A stretch of DNA of 62,871 bases, filler included, from Chiloscyllium plagiosum (lineage: Eukaryota): the NCBI RefSeq assembly GCF_004010195.1. It is 5 parts of one record of this genome, joined end to end, with 100 filler letters (N's around TTAATTAATTAA, not from the genome) between each part and the next. Parts side by side here need not be neighbours in the genome. Positions count along the whole stretch, not along the records: positions 15,043 to 35,305 come from NC_057713.1; positions 35,406 to 51,321 come from NC_057713.1; 3 more parts are not named here. One strand, 5' to 3'. Positions 25,749 through 38,516 of the stretch are shown here, one piece after another. Position 1 is the first letter of the stretch, and each line of letters opens with the position of its first letter. The notes beneath the pieces were generated by a model. It saw only the letters and a list, made by a program, of their open reading frames with translations, was not told the DNA's origin and ran no database searches. The translations under genes and the position numbers were made by a program.

Positions 25749-28700
25749 CCTCCCCCCCTTTAGAAAAAACGGACCATCATAATGAAAAGATGGCTTCATT
25801 TTTTCTCTAACCTTTTAAACACATTACCCTAACATACAGGTAACTTTAATATACGTTCATCTTAACTTCTTCCCATGCACCTATATATGTAAACATTAAA
25901 TGAAGACAAATCTCATCTAAACTCTATCAGTAAAATCCATGATAACGCATCTGCAGTTATATTGATCTGACCCGCAACATGTACAATTTTTAAATTAAAA
26001 GTCTGTAACATACGTTTGGTGTAGTTAAAACTGGTTTGATGGTTAATATTGATTTCAAATGGTCGAATGCCTCCTGACATGGTTCTGTCCACCGAAACTT
26101 TGTGTTCTTCTTCAGCAAATTGGTTAACAGTACCACTACACTGCTGAAGTTTGGAACAAACGTCCGATAGATTCCGCTGAGTCTTAAGAATCGAAACACC
26201 TCTTTCTTCGAGGTTGGTCATGGAAATTCCTCAATGGCCTTTGTCTTTGCGTTCTGTGGGGTCAACCTTCCATGACCAATGTTATGTCCAAAGAACATCA
26301 CCACTGCTTTCGCGAATTCTGTTTTATTTAAGTTTATCACCACTTTTGCTTCTCATAGTTGTTCAAAGAGCTCTGCCAACTGTATTATGTGATCTTTCCA
26401 GGACTTACTAAAGATCACTACATCATCCAAACAGACTACACAGTTTGTTAACCCAGCCACAACTCTGTTCAGGAGTCTTTGGAATGTGACGGATGTGTTC
26501 TTCATTCCAAAGGGCATCACTCTAAACTGATACAGCCCATTTGTTCTTTCACCATCTCTGGTAAAGGTACCTGCCAGTAACCACATATTAAGTCCAACTT
26601 GGTAATGTAACTGGCTTGTCCAACTTGTCCTACAGTCCTTCAAAGTCCTCCAATCTAGGAATTGGATATGAGTCCAAATTTGTAACGGCGTTGACTTTCT
26701 GATAATCCAAGCAAAATCATTGAATCCCATCCGGTTTGGGAACTAAGACGATTGGCGAACTCCACTCACTCTGGCTTGATTTGATGATGTCCTCATCAAG
26801 CATGGCCTCTACCACCTCTGGAACTGTCTGGCTTTGAAAGGATTAAGCCGAAAGGGGTGCTGTTTTATTGGAGCAGTATTTCCTCCGTCTACTTCATGTA
26901 AGATATCATTAGTCCTCCCATCTGATTCTTACATATACCCAAATACTGCAGTAACAAATCTTTCGACTGCCTTCTATGCTCCTGAGATAGCTTACTAACC
27001 TAACCCACTCTTCAAGGACTTCTTCATTTTTTAATTTATTTTGAGGCACATCAAAATCCATATCATCTGGATTTGATTCCTCTCTGTGGGACAGTAACTA
27101 ACACCTGTTTCTCTAGTTCTTTCTCTCTAGTATAATATGGTTTCAACATGTTCACATGACATACTCAATACCTTTTCTTCTATCTTGCATATTTACTAAA
27201 CAGTTCAACTGACCAAGAAACCTAGTTTTGAAGGGTTCTCCTATCACTGGTAACAGTCTCCAGAAATCTGATAGACACATCCAGTATGGTTAACAAGTAC
27301 TGGTTCCTTCTTTTAGTTCTCGGAGGGGGCCTACACAATCAATTAAAACCTGTGTGAAAGTTTCTTCACATGTGGAAATTGGCAGCTAAGGTGCTGGCTT
27401 TATTACTGCCTGTGGCTTACCTACCATTTGGCAAGTATGACACATTTGACAAGAGTTAACCACATTTTGTGTGTTCCAAGCCAATAAAAATGTTTTTGTA
27501 TCTTAGCCTGAGTCTTTCGAACCCCCAGATGACCTCGTACAGGTAGTTCATGTGCTACCCGTAACACCTCCTGTCTGTATGCTACCAACAACACAATCTG
27601 GTGCATTTTGGCCCATTTCTCCTCTGCACTAACCTACCTTGGTCTCCATTTCCGCCTTAGGATTCCATCTTTCAGATAATAAGCCTCCAGAATATTCTCT
27701 GCTTCCTTTTCAGAGTACGCACCCACATATATATCTTTTATCATCTTGTCTTGCTGTGGCAAGTCTCTTAGCCTAAACACTTCTGTCTGACCCTCTGCCT
27801 GTTCAGGATTTTCCTGCACCATTATGTCAAACAGGGTGTCCGTTAACCGAACCTCAGCTCCATCATCTTTCTCTTTACTTTTCACTTTGTGCTGTGACTT
27901 ATGATCATGAGATCTGGTTACCACACAGTCTGGGAAAATACCAGGATATTTCTGTTTTAACTCCTCAGTTTCTTGGTCTTCCTTGGGCTTCTTGACAACA
28001 ACGGCTGTCACTCCCACCTTGGATCCTGTCAAATTATTCCCAAGAACAAACTGAATTCCTGGAACTGACACTCTATCAATCACTCCCACTGTAACTTCCC
28101 CAGTCTTGAGTTGGCATTCCAACCTGGTCTTACATAGGGGAATGCTAAATTTTTGAACATCTATCCAACAAATTACCGCACTCTCGGGTAACCGATCAGG
28201 AGGAGTGCATATTCGCTCATCTCTTACTATCAGCGACTCGTTAGATCTTGTATCTCTCAAAATTATATCTTCTTGTCCTTTGCCCGCTGTTCTTTCTGAG
28301 TAAGCTTTACCCACAGAGGCAAATGCTTTGTAGAGATCAGGTACTAACTCCATACCCAGCCATTGCCTGGGTTGTGCACTCTCTTGCAGCTCCTTTGCTC
28401 TTCTTGAGGTCTCCTAAACTACCGTATCCAATGCCACTGGCTGAGCTTCTTTTACCACATCTTTTCCCACAGCGCCTTTCTTTAAAAACCAGCACTGTGT
28501 CTATATGTGTCCCACCTTCTGGCAGTGAAAACACCTTTTCCCAGTGCCCTTCTGAAACCACCGGCACTGCAATTTTCTGTGTCCCGCTCCATTACAGTGA
28601 AAACACCTGAGGCCTTTCACCTCCTGTCCACTCTCTTGGGCTGCTTTTTTGTCCTGTGGTAAATTCTTACCAGTGCTCTCTAATCTTGGTTTCGTAGTGT

Positions 28701-29869
28701 AGGATCTCCCTTTGTCCCAACTTCTATGCCTCACAGGATGACCTTCTGGCCGGAAGCCTGTCTTATGGACCAACATGTACTCATCTGCTAATTCTTCTGC
28801 CTTTCTCACTTCCTGAACTTTCTGTTCCTCCACGTGAATTCTGGTAGTGAGTTTTTAAACTCCTCTCGCAGAATAATCTCTCTTAGAGCCTCAAAATTCT
28901 TATCTATTTTCAAAGCACATACCCATCGATCAAAATAACTGTTTAATTCTTTTGAACTCAATGTACGTCTGACCTGGTTCCTTCTTTGTGTTTCTGAACC
29001 ACTGACTATATGCTTCTGGTACCAATTCATAAGCAGTTAAAATAGCTTGTTTAACCTCTTCATAATCTCTTGACACCTCATCTGACAGTGTGGCAAATAC
29101 CTCATTAGCTCTGTCTACCAGTTTAGTCTGAACTAGCATTATCCACAAATCCTCAGACCACTCCATCTGCCTAGCCAATTTTTCAAATGAAATAAAGAAG
29201 GCTTCAACATCTTTCTCATCAAAATGTGGCAGAGTTCTGACATTTTATATATATCACTACCTTCTCTTTTAATCTCCATTCTGTTAACTTGACTTTGCTG
29301 ACAAAATTACAACTTCTCAAGTTCAAATTCTCTCTCTTTTTATCTCTCCCTTTCTTCTTTCTCACTCTGCTTAGCTAAGAACATTCTCTCTCTCTGTTTT
29401 CTCTCTCTCTCTTTGCTCTCCCTCTCTTCTCTTTCTTTCTTCTCTCTCTTTATCTCTCCCTTTGTTTCTCTTCTAACTTCATTTTTCTCAATTGTAATTT
29501 AAAATTTTCTGCCTTACTGCACTTGTCTGTTTCTCTGACACATCTAACTGTTTGAGTAACTCCCTGACAATTTCAGCTTTACTTTTATCCTTGGTTAAAC
29601 CCAAATCTAACTTATTTGCTAACTTAAAAAGTATGGCCTTTTTCTTTCCTTCTACACTTTCTTGGCAAATGTGAGAATCATCTTCAAATCCCTGAAGCTC
29701 TTTAGCAATTTTAAGAGCCATTTCTCTCACTTTTAATTTAATCAACCGCAAGTCACTGAAATTAAGCAAACTTGTCTCACCTATGTTAGGACACTAACCT
29801 GCGAGTGTTTAAAACTGCGGGGAATTTTTGTACCCCAAAATCTATTCAAATCTGTCTAAACCAGTTCAA

Positions 29870-29889
29870 ATCACGGACCCAAGCCCCCA
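29870..29889 (-). promoter_or_regulatory. Primer-binding site, tRNA-Pro type
   Basis: TGGGGGCTTGGGTCCGTGAT just 3' of the 5' LTR, versus canonical TGGGGGCTCGTCCGGGAT. Confidence 0.8.
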
Positions 29890-29892
29890 AAC

Positions 29893-32683
29893 TGTTACAC
29901 AGGGTAAACCTTCCTGCTTAATTTAAAACCAACAATACAGAAAAGATTTATCCTGTGCAGTAATCTGTAAAAATTCAAGTGGCCAAGAACTATTTAAGAA
30001 ATAAAGTTGTTAATTTTTACTTTAAAGTATAACAGAGAATAATTAGCTAACAATTATTTACAATTCTTTCCTCTAATCTATATTTTACCTTCCTTCAATA
30101 ATACTAGTCCAATAAAACTCCCAGTTAAGATTTACAACATAGAACATAGAACAATACAACGCAGAACAATCCCTTTGGCCCTCGATGTTGTGCCGACCTG
30201 TGAACTATTCTCAGCTCAAACCCCTACACTATCCCATCATCATCCATGTGCTTATCCAAGCATTGTTTAAATCTCCCTAATGTGGCTGAGTTAACTACAT
30301 TGGCAGGCAGGGCATTCCACGCTCTTACCACTCTCTGAGGAAAGAACCTGCCTCTGACATCTGTCTTAAATCTATCACCCCTCAATTTGTAGTAATTCCC
30401 CCTCGTACAAGCTGATGTCATCATCCTAGGAAAAAGACTTTCACTGTCTACCCTATCTAATCCTCTGATCATCTTGTATGTCTCTTTCAAATCCCCTCTT
30501 AGCTTTCTTCTTTTCAATGAGAACAGACCTAAGTCTCTCAGCCTTTCCTCATAAGACCTTCCCTCCAGATCAGGCAACATCCTGGTAAATTTCCTCTGCA
30601 CCTTTTCCAATGATTTCACATCCTTCCCGAAATATGGCGACCAGAACTGTACACAATATTCCAAGTGAGGCTGCACTAGTGTATTGTATAGTTACAGTAT
30701 GATATTGCGGCTCCGGAACTCAATCCCTCTACCAATGAAACCTAACAAACCATATGCCTTCTTAACAGCACTATCAACCTGGGTGGCAACTTTCAGGGAT
30801 CCATGTACATAAACTCCCAGATCCCTCTGCACATCCAGACTACCAAGAATTGTTCCATTGACCCAGTACTCTGCCTTCCTGTTATTATTCCCAAAGTGCA
30901 TCACTTCATATTTAGCTGCATTGAACTCAATTTGCCACCTCTCAGCCCAATTCTGCAGTTTATCCAAGTCCTCCTGCACTCTGTAACATTCTTCCAAACT
31001 GTCCACTACTCCACCGACTTTAGTGTCATCTGCAAATTTACTTATCCATCCACCTATGCCTGCATCTAAGTCATTTCTAAAAATGACAAACAGCAGGGGT
31101 CCCAAAACAGATCCTTGTGGCACACCAGTAGTAACCAGACTCCAGGCTGAATATTTTCCATCAACCACCACTCGCTGCCTTCTTTCAGAAAGCCAGTTTC
31201 TAATCCAAACTGCTAAATCACCCTCAATCCCATGCCTCTGCATTTTCTCCAACAACCTACCATGTGGAACCTTATCATTGTTTTTCCTCTCTGAGGCAGT
31301 GTGTCCTGTACTGCACCCGATATCTGGGATGGTGCCATTGCTGTGCTGACACGTACCACCCTATGTGTGAAAAGTTGCCCCTTCGGTCTCTTTTATATCT
31401 TTCCCCCTTACCCTAAACCTATGCCCTCTAGTTCTGGACTCCCCAACCCCAGGAAAAGGCTTTACTGAAGTCTATGTACACCATGTCAACTGCCCTACCC
31501 TCATCCACATGCTTGGTCACCTTCTCAAAAAACTCAATGAGGCTTGTGAGACACTACCTGCCCTTGACAAATCATGTTGACTATCTGAAGTCAAATTGTT
31601 GCTTGCTAGATGATTATAAATCTTATCTCTTATAATCCTTTCCAAAACCTTTCCTACAACAGAAATAAGGCTCACTGGTCTATAATTACCTGGGTCACCT
31701 CTGCTGCCCTTTTTGAACAAAGGCGCAATATGTGCAATCCTCCAGTCCTCTGGTACAAAACCTGGAAACGATGATGACTCATATATCAAAACCAAAGGCT
31801 CCACGATCTCCACCCTAGCTTTCCAGAGAATCCTCGGATAAATCCCATCTGACCCAGGGGACTTGTCTACTTTCACTCCTTCTAGATTTGATAACACCTG
31901 TGCGTAATTAACCTCGATCCTTTCTAGTCAAATATCTCGTATATCATGCTTCTCCTCAACAATATTCTCCTTTTCCTGAGTGAACACCGATGAGAAATGT
32001 TCATTTAGCACCTCTCCAATCTCCACAGAGTCGACACTCAACTTTCCACTTCTGTCTTTGACTGGCCCTATTCCTACCCTAATCATCCCTTTATTCCTCA
32101 CACACCTATAGAAAGCTTTTGGGTTCTCCTTTATTCTATTTGCTAAAGACTGCTCATGTCCTCTCTTTGCTCTTCTTAACTCTCTCTTTAATTCCTTCCT
32201 AGCTGATCTGTAACTCAGAAAAATTCAAATTTTAAAACCAATCAGCAGTCGAATCTTCTCTTTATCTTCGTCGGTAGATTTGCTTCCCAGATCAGTGTTG
32301 GAGCTCTTCTCTCTGTAAACTCCTTCTCTAGACAGGCATCTCTCAGAGAGTTCTGACTAGCAGTCTACATCTGTTGGTCTGGTGGCAGTTCTCCTCCCAA
32401 CTGTTCAATTTTCCTCAGTCTTATACACCCCCAAAGCATCGGATTGGGTCATTGGCTTTTAAGATTGTCAATATGCTCAATTCAAACTTTATTGGAATTT
32501 GGTATTTTTCAGGGTATAACTTCAACTGATTAGCCTAATTCAAATCTGTTTTGTCATTTCCAGGCAACTAACTACCCCAGTAGCTGGAGCACATGTTACA
32601 TTGTGTCTTATTGAGGACACATGGTGCTTTCACTGCTAGTTTTTACTCTCTTAAAGGTATATTACACCCACATCTTCATAACA
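29893..32683 (-). repeat. 5' LTR of the Gmr1-like element (CR1 inserted at about 30137-32215)
   Basis: tgttacacagggtaaacc... matches the LTR from 24365 onward; resumes at cagaaaaattcaaattttaaaaccaatc and ends tcataaca. Confidence 0.88.
30137..32215 (-). mobile_element. CR1 LINE, about 2-kb RT-3' portion with (TTCTATG)n tail
   Basis: KSPGSDGIYP, NYRPVSL, GVPQGSVLGP, SKFADDTK, HLEYCVQFWSP. Confidence 0.95.
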
Positions 32684-32789
32684 CTCTTGATGAGCTTTGT
32701 TTGTGGAGTCAAGATTTTCTCTAAACTTGTCAAGGTCATGTTGATCTCTGTGCATGATTACAACAACATATTGTATACACTTTCCACAC

Positions 32790-33664
32790 CAACTCCATTT
32801 ACAAGTTTGCTGACAAGACCATCGTTGCAGGTCACATCTCAAACAATGACAAGATGGAGTACAGGAAAGAACTGAATGTTTAATGGCATGGTGTAAAGAC
32901 TACAATCTCTCTCCATCAATGTCAATAAAAAAAAGGAGCTGGTCATTGACTTCAGGAAGCAAAATGGAGGACATGCTCCTGTCTGCATCAATGATGCTGA
33001 GGTGGAGATGGTTGACAGCATCAAGTTACTGGGAATAATGATCACCAACAATCTGTACTGATCCACCCATGTTGTCAGGAAGGTCAAGAAAGCCCAGCAG
33101 CATCTCTACTTCTTCAGGAGGCTAAAGAAATTCCACATATCCATAAAAACACTTCCAAATTTTTATAGAGGCACCATAGAATGCATGCTATCCAGATGCA
33201 TCACAGCTTGGTATGGCAACTGCTCCTCCTAAGACCAAAAGAAACTACAGAGACTTGTGAACACAGCTCAGTCCATCATGCAAGCCAGCCTCCCATTCAT
33301 TGACTTCATCTATTTTTTTCCCACTGCATCTGGAAAGCAAGCAATATAATCAAATCCCCTCCCACCCCAGTTATACTCTCCTTTATCCTCTTCCATCGGG
33401 CAGAAGATATAAATGTTTCTATACATATATGAACAGATTTAAGAACAGCTTCTTCCCTGCCGTTGTCAGACTTTTGAATGGATCTCTTTAAAGTTAACAT
33501 TGATCTCTCTCTGCACTTTCTCAGCAGTTGTAACATTGCATCCAGCACTCTGTTCTGTTACCCTGATGCATTTATATTGTACGATCTGCTTATAAAGCAT
33601 GAAATGTAACACCTTTTACTGCACCTCAGTACACATGACAGAAATAAATCAAATCAAATCAAAT
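32790..33664 (+). mobile_element. Rex1/Babar-clade LINE 3' fragment
   Basis: YKFADKT...LSINVNKKKELVIDFRK...KAQQHLYFFRRL...LPSGRRY...RFKNSFFP; (AAATC)n tail. Confidence 0.85.
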
Positions 33665-34987
33665 TTGCTTCTGCCTGTATAGGTTTGGAGCCATCCATCC
33701 TGCCTTATACGTCAGTGATCCCAAATTCATTTTGAAGGTCTGAGACTTCTTTCCTGCACAATTTAAAATCTCATTCTAATTGGATAGCCCTAGTGATTTC
33801 CAAATTTATAGTTTTACTAGCTTTAATTAACTATTGAACTTGTGTAGGTTTTGTTCTGGGTTTCCTGTAAATGGTGCGGTCTTCTACAATGGGAGGAATT
33901 TCCTCTTCTAATTGTGACTGCAGTTGCTGCATTTATTCAGTCGGTTCTGTGCAATCCACTTCTTCTTTACATTCTTCAGTAAAAGACAGTTTCTCCCCTT
34001 AAGAGCCAGCTGTGTTCTGAGGAATAATACCATCTGAATTCAAAGATAAAGAAGATCCAAGTCTCAGACTCCAATAAAAGATTGATGTGGGTGGTGGATT
34101 CCATCTCTGAGAACAAATGTGAAAGAGAAAACTAATGTCTGGAATGCCCTTTTGATGGCTGCTCACTGTTCTGCCAGACTGAAAAGTTACTATTTGATTG
34201 AGAAAAGTAAGTACCATCCACTGTAATGATGTCATGAGGATTTGATCAGAATAAAGTAGGGACTGGAAGGAGACAGATCTGAGCTAGTGTACTCCTAGTT
34301 GGCTTTGTTGCAATGCAGATTGTATACATATATGTAGTTGCAATATGCAATAAACTTCCTTTTAATGTTTATTCAAGAAAAATCTTTTCATTACAACAGA
34401 AAGGAGGATATCTCCTTCCACAGTAGACCACTTCAGTTCAAAAGGACCCGCACACACAATAGTTACTTCCCTCTTCAGCACCTTTCGCTCCCTCCATTTT
34501 TTAGCTTCCATTTCAAGAGAAGTGAAGGGTCTGCACTGCCTTTTTGTAATGTTAGGGTTGGGGTGACTATGGTTTAGGGTGATACCTGGAGCACTGAGTT
34601 GAGGTCACGTTTTTGACAACAGATACCAAAGAAAATGTAACGCTTTACTGGAAACTCCATTTAATAAACACTATGTTTCAGAATAATGTAAAAAAATCTC
34701 TGTAATCCTGCTTCCATTGCATTAACATGTAGCATGCACCTGGCCCCTCGTTCTGACGCGAGTTGTTCCCAAGCCTCGAAGTTAAAGCAAAGATGAGCAA
34801 AGGAGTTTTGGCCTCAATCATGAATCAGCATCTGAAAGGATCCTTATATATCGTCCAGCAGCTAGAATTTAAATTAGTTTCCCTGCCAGCTGTCTCAATG
34901 TCTGTGTACCAGAATTCATTCTGTGAGTCGTTAATGTCAGCAGAGTCAAATTCCTGGTATGGGCCTACCACATCCCCCAGGAAGAGT

Positions 34988-35505
34988 TAGAACATAGAAC
35001 ATAGAAAAGTACAGCACAGAACAGGCCCTTCGGCCCACAATGTTGTGCCGAGGTTTAATCCTAATGTAAAACTGCATGTCCAGCAGTCGCTTAAATGTCC
35101 CTAATGACTCTGCTTCCACCACCACAGCTGGCAACGTATTCCATGCATTCACAACTCTCTGCGTAAAGAACCTTCCTCTGACGTCTCCTCTATACCTTTC
35201 TCCTAATATCTTAAATCTATGGCCCCTCGTACAAGTCAGTCCTGCCCTGGGGAAAAGTCTCTGGCTATTGACTCTATCTATTCCTCTCATTATCTTGTAC
35301 ACCTCNNNNNNNNNNNNNNNNNNNNNNNNNNNNNNNNNNNNNNNNNNNNTTAATTAATTAANNNNNNNNNNNNNNNNNNNNNNNNNNNNNNNNNNNNNNN
35401 NNNNNCCAGGTACCAACCCACGCTGCAAGTTCACCTACCTTATTTCGTATACTTCTTGCATTGAAGTATACACACTTCAAGACACTTTCCTGTTTACAGG
35501 CACCC
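34988..35505 (-). mobile_element. CR1 element: 3' end and ORF2 start separated by an assembly gap
   Basis: 3' end YKIMRGIDRV...WNTLP with an agaacat tail; after the gap KCVYFNARSIRNKVGELAAWVGTW. Confidence 0.88.
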
Positions 35506-35519
35506 TCCTTTGAGATTGG

Positions 35520-37380
35520 ATCAGTTCCCACTGGCTGTAGTAAAAGGCTGAGGCTCAAGCTACCCACAGCTTCAGGTCGAATTCAGTGGTGGGTTCTCAT
35601 TCGAAGTGTATACAATTACAAGTTGGAACACCAACCAGGAGGCAAGAAGCAAATGTGGAAGCCTTAAGCCTCCGCCAACTGGCAGATACACCACTGGAAG
35701 AACCCATTCTGGTTCAAAACTTTCGGGACACACTTGCAATCATAGCTGACAATATCACACTGTGGACACAAAAAGATCTGGTCCTGACAAAAACCTGAAG
35801 CAACTGGTGGTGGGGGTGGAAACAAAGGGGCCATCAGAACCAGAAACTGAAACTTTTCTGGACCTTGCAAGACCAGATCACCATAGCGGATGGCATTTTA
35901 TTATGAGGAGCAAGAGTGATTGTCCCAAGCAAAGGTCACCACCAGATACTGGCTGAACTCCACCAGTATCACCTGGGGGTATCCAAAATGAAGATATTGA
36001 TGAAACATTATGTCTAGTGGCCAGGATTGGATACAGATATAGCTTTGTTGGTGAGGCAGTGCCCAGAGTGCCAACTAGGCCAGAAATTACCACCAGCAGC
36101 TCCCCCACATTCACTGGAATGGCCGGGTAAACCCTGGACTCAGTTACATGTTGACTATGTAAGTCCTTTCATGAGTTCAATGTTCTTAGTCATTGCGGAT
36201 GCCCACTCTAATTGATTGGACATGCATAGAGTTCATTCGTCTATCACAGGCATGATAATAGAAACGCTGCGAACATCTTTTGCAATACATGGGCTCCCAG
36301 AAGTGTTGGTCCCAGACAATGGGTCATTATTTACCAGCAGGGAATTCGAGTATTTCTTAAAGCCAACTGGCATTCACCATATAGGGATAGCTCCATACCA
36401 TCCATCATCCAATGGTCTGGAAGAAAGAGCGGTCCATACACTTAAGTCAAGCTTAAAGAAACAGTCCAAAGCTTCACTCGTTCTAAACCATCTTGGTTCC
36501 TGTTTGATTATTGGATCATCCCTCAGGCAACTCCAGGGATAACTCCAGCTGAGTTACTAATGGGGAGAAAACACTGCACCAGGTTAAATCTGATCTTCCC
36601 TGACCTGGAGGTGACAGTGAAACGGCATCAGGAATGCTAGTGCTGGACACAAGGCTTTGCTAAGCAACAGAGACAATTTACTTTATGGAGTTGAGGTTTG
36701 GTGCCAAAGTCACGGAAATGGCCCTGCATGGGTAAGAGGCAAGGTCACTATAAGGTCAGGACACATAGCATACAAGGTTCAGGTAGGTAAGGTGGTCCTG
36801 AACATGCACGTGGACCACATGAAAGCTGCAAACTCACAAACAGGGCAGGAATAAAACATACCAGCCCCTCAGAACAGCCAGAAAGGCTGTGGGTTCTCCC
36901 CCTCCCTCTAAGGAGAAGTCTAGGAGTCTGAGATAGATACAGCAGACTTAACAACCCCGATGCCTTTACCGCCCAAAGAAGAACATGAAATTCCTTCCAA
37001 GACACTCTGTGCGCAAAAGGTGGACTACAATCCTGCACACACCACCTGTATCTGAGGCTGAGTCAGAGGGCTGGGACACCTTGTGAAAACTCCCCAGGAG
37101 ATGCTACAAGAAAAAGAACAGGCCACTGCCCCAGTACTTAGAGGGGGAGGGATGAAGTGATTATGATAAGGTCAGCCAGGTGGACCTCATAGAATATGTG
37201 TTCTCTCATTAGAGCTGTTAATCTGGCCCAAGCAGGGAGCACTGGCTGACAGACATAAACAGGAGTGTCAGAGGTTCTGTTCACTCTGAGAGCTGGCTCT
37301 GAGGGAGTTGGATCAGTGTCAAACACTCTCCATGTGTAAATAAAGGGTGATGGCATACTGGCCTCTGTGCAGTGATTTCA
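35520..37380 (+). mobile_element. Second Gypsy LTR retrotransposon remnant: RNaseH end, integrase, PPT and 3' LTR
   Basis: CPECQ...WPGKPWTQLHVDY...HGLPEVLVPDNGSLFTSREF...APYHPSSNGLEERAV; PPT agagggggaggga at about 37140-37153, followed by a TG...CA LTR to about 37380. Confidence 0.88.
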
Positions 37381-38305
37381 GAATATTCAGAGATCCATTG
37401 TTGTACCTATAGGAAGAAAGTACTTATGAATCCCAGGGCCAGGGAAATGGAGGTCAAGGGTCAATGTAGTTTTGTGAACAAAATGGTTCAAGAAAGAGGG
37501 AATGGCAGAGAAAGAGGAGGGGACAAAGGGAAAGAGATTGAATCTTTGCCAATGAATAGTCCCCTGGCATCCTGCAGGCAAAACTGTTGGTTTCAGATAT
37601 GTTCATGTTTAGTTGTGAATCACTGCCTCAGGTTATTTGGTTCCCAGTGGAATATCTCTCAACTTTGGTTTGTCTTACATTGACAGCTGTGGCAATAGAT
37701 TAAGATATAAGGTTTCATTAAAATATGGAGGGACAATATAAACTGCCAGCACTGGACAGTTCCATTCAATAGGCAATGAGTATTTATGACATGTGGAAAC
37801 AACATAAACAGCATTCAAACTGAGCCTAAAGACAGAGGATATGATGGGAGAAATTTCAAAATAGAAGAGTGGGGCTGGAGATTTGAAAATGATCACAGTC
37901 ACTGTGATTCATTTGTTGTTTCAAATCTGACCCCAGAAAATTTAACACTAACCTAACCTTTGAAATTATCATCACACACAGTACCGAGGCAGTGGTATAC
38001 TGTTGCAGGAATATTCTTTCTGATGAGGCATTAAACTGAGGTCCATTTGAGCTATCTTGTGTACATCTTCACTCGGAGGTTTTTTTAAGTCTTCTCCAAA
38101 GCTCTTTGAAAATCACAAAGTGAATGAGAGGGAAGAACCGATAGTAAGCACCATCACCAAAGCAAAATTGATGGGAAAGCTATTGGACATACATACTGCC
38201 CCTAGGTTCAGATGCCTTCCATCCTATGTTCCAACAAGAAGTAGCTGCAAAATAGATGCACTTATTATATAATCTTCCAAAATTCCTTAGATTCTGAATG
38301 CAACA

Positions 38306-38516
38306 CCTGGTCTCTCGGTGGCTCGTGCTGGATCCCGGCCTGGTCTCTCGGTGGCTCGTGCTGGATCCCGGCCTGGTCTCTCGGTGGCTCGTGCTGGACC
38401 CCGGCCTGGTCTCTCGGTGGCTCGTGCTGGATCCCGGCCTGGTCTCTCGATGGCTCGTGCTGGATCCCGGCCTGGTCTCTCGGTGGCTCGTGCTGGACCC
38501 AGGCCTGGACTCTCGG
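38306..38516. repeat. 33-bp GC-rich minisatellite, about 6.3 copies
   Basis: Unit cctggtctctcggtggctcgtgctggatcccgg, near-identical, no spacers. Confidence 0.97.

Larger units (their letters stand above)
24365..32683 (-). mobile_element. Gmr1-like Ty3/Gypsy LTR retrotransposon (defective), 4-bp TSD CTCT
   Basis: Two LTRs, PBS and PPT. Gag with SCAN-like region (YEEVKQAILTAYELVPEAYSQWFR) and CCHC knuckle (CFHCNGAGHRKLQC); protease (ILRDTR); integrase HHCC region (HELPVRGHLG...HFYW) lies upstream of RT (MPFGMKN...CLDD). TSD at 24361-24364 and 32684-32687. Confidence 0.92.
21900..34200 (-). pseudogene. Decayed coiled-coil-like ORF, copy 2, in four pieces (about 21900-22542, 23926-24364, 32684-32785, 33665-34200)
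   Basis: The frame rejoins across the LTR element: ...STNKAHQE|VMYEL*LTNKSPYRERYMLRSKVNHVNI...HQQAMETLKRF; homologous to 10450-12560. Confidence 0.6.

Noticed and set aside
38306..38516. CRISPR-like array or repeat-protein gene
   Set aside because: Units are contiguous with no unique spacers, the context is eukaryotic with no cas genes, and open frames follow from a 33-bp stop-free unit.
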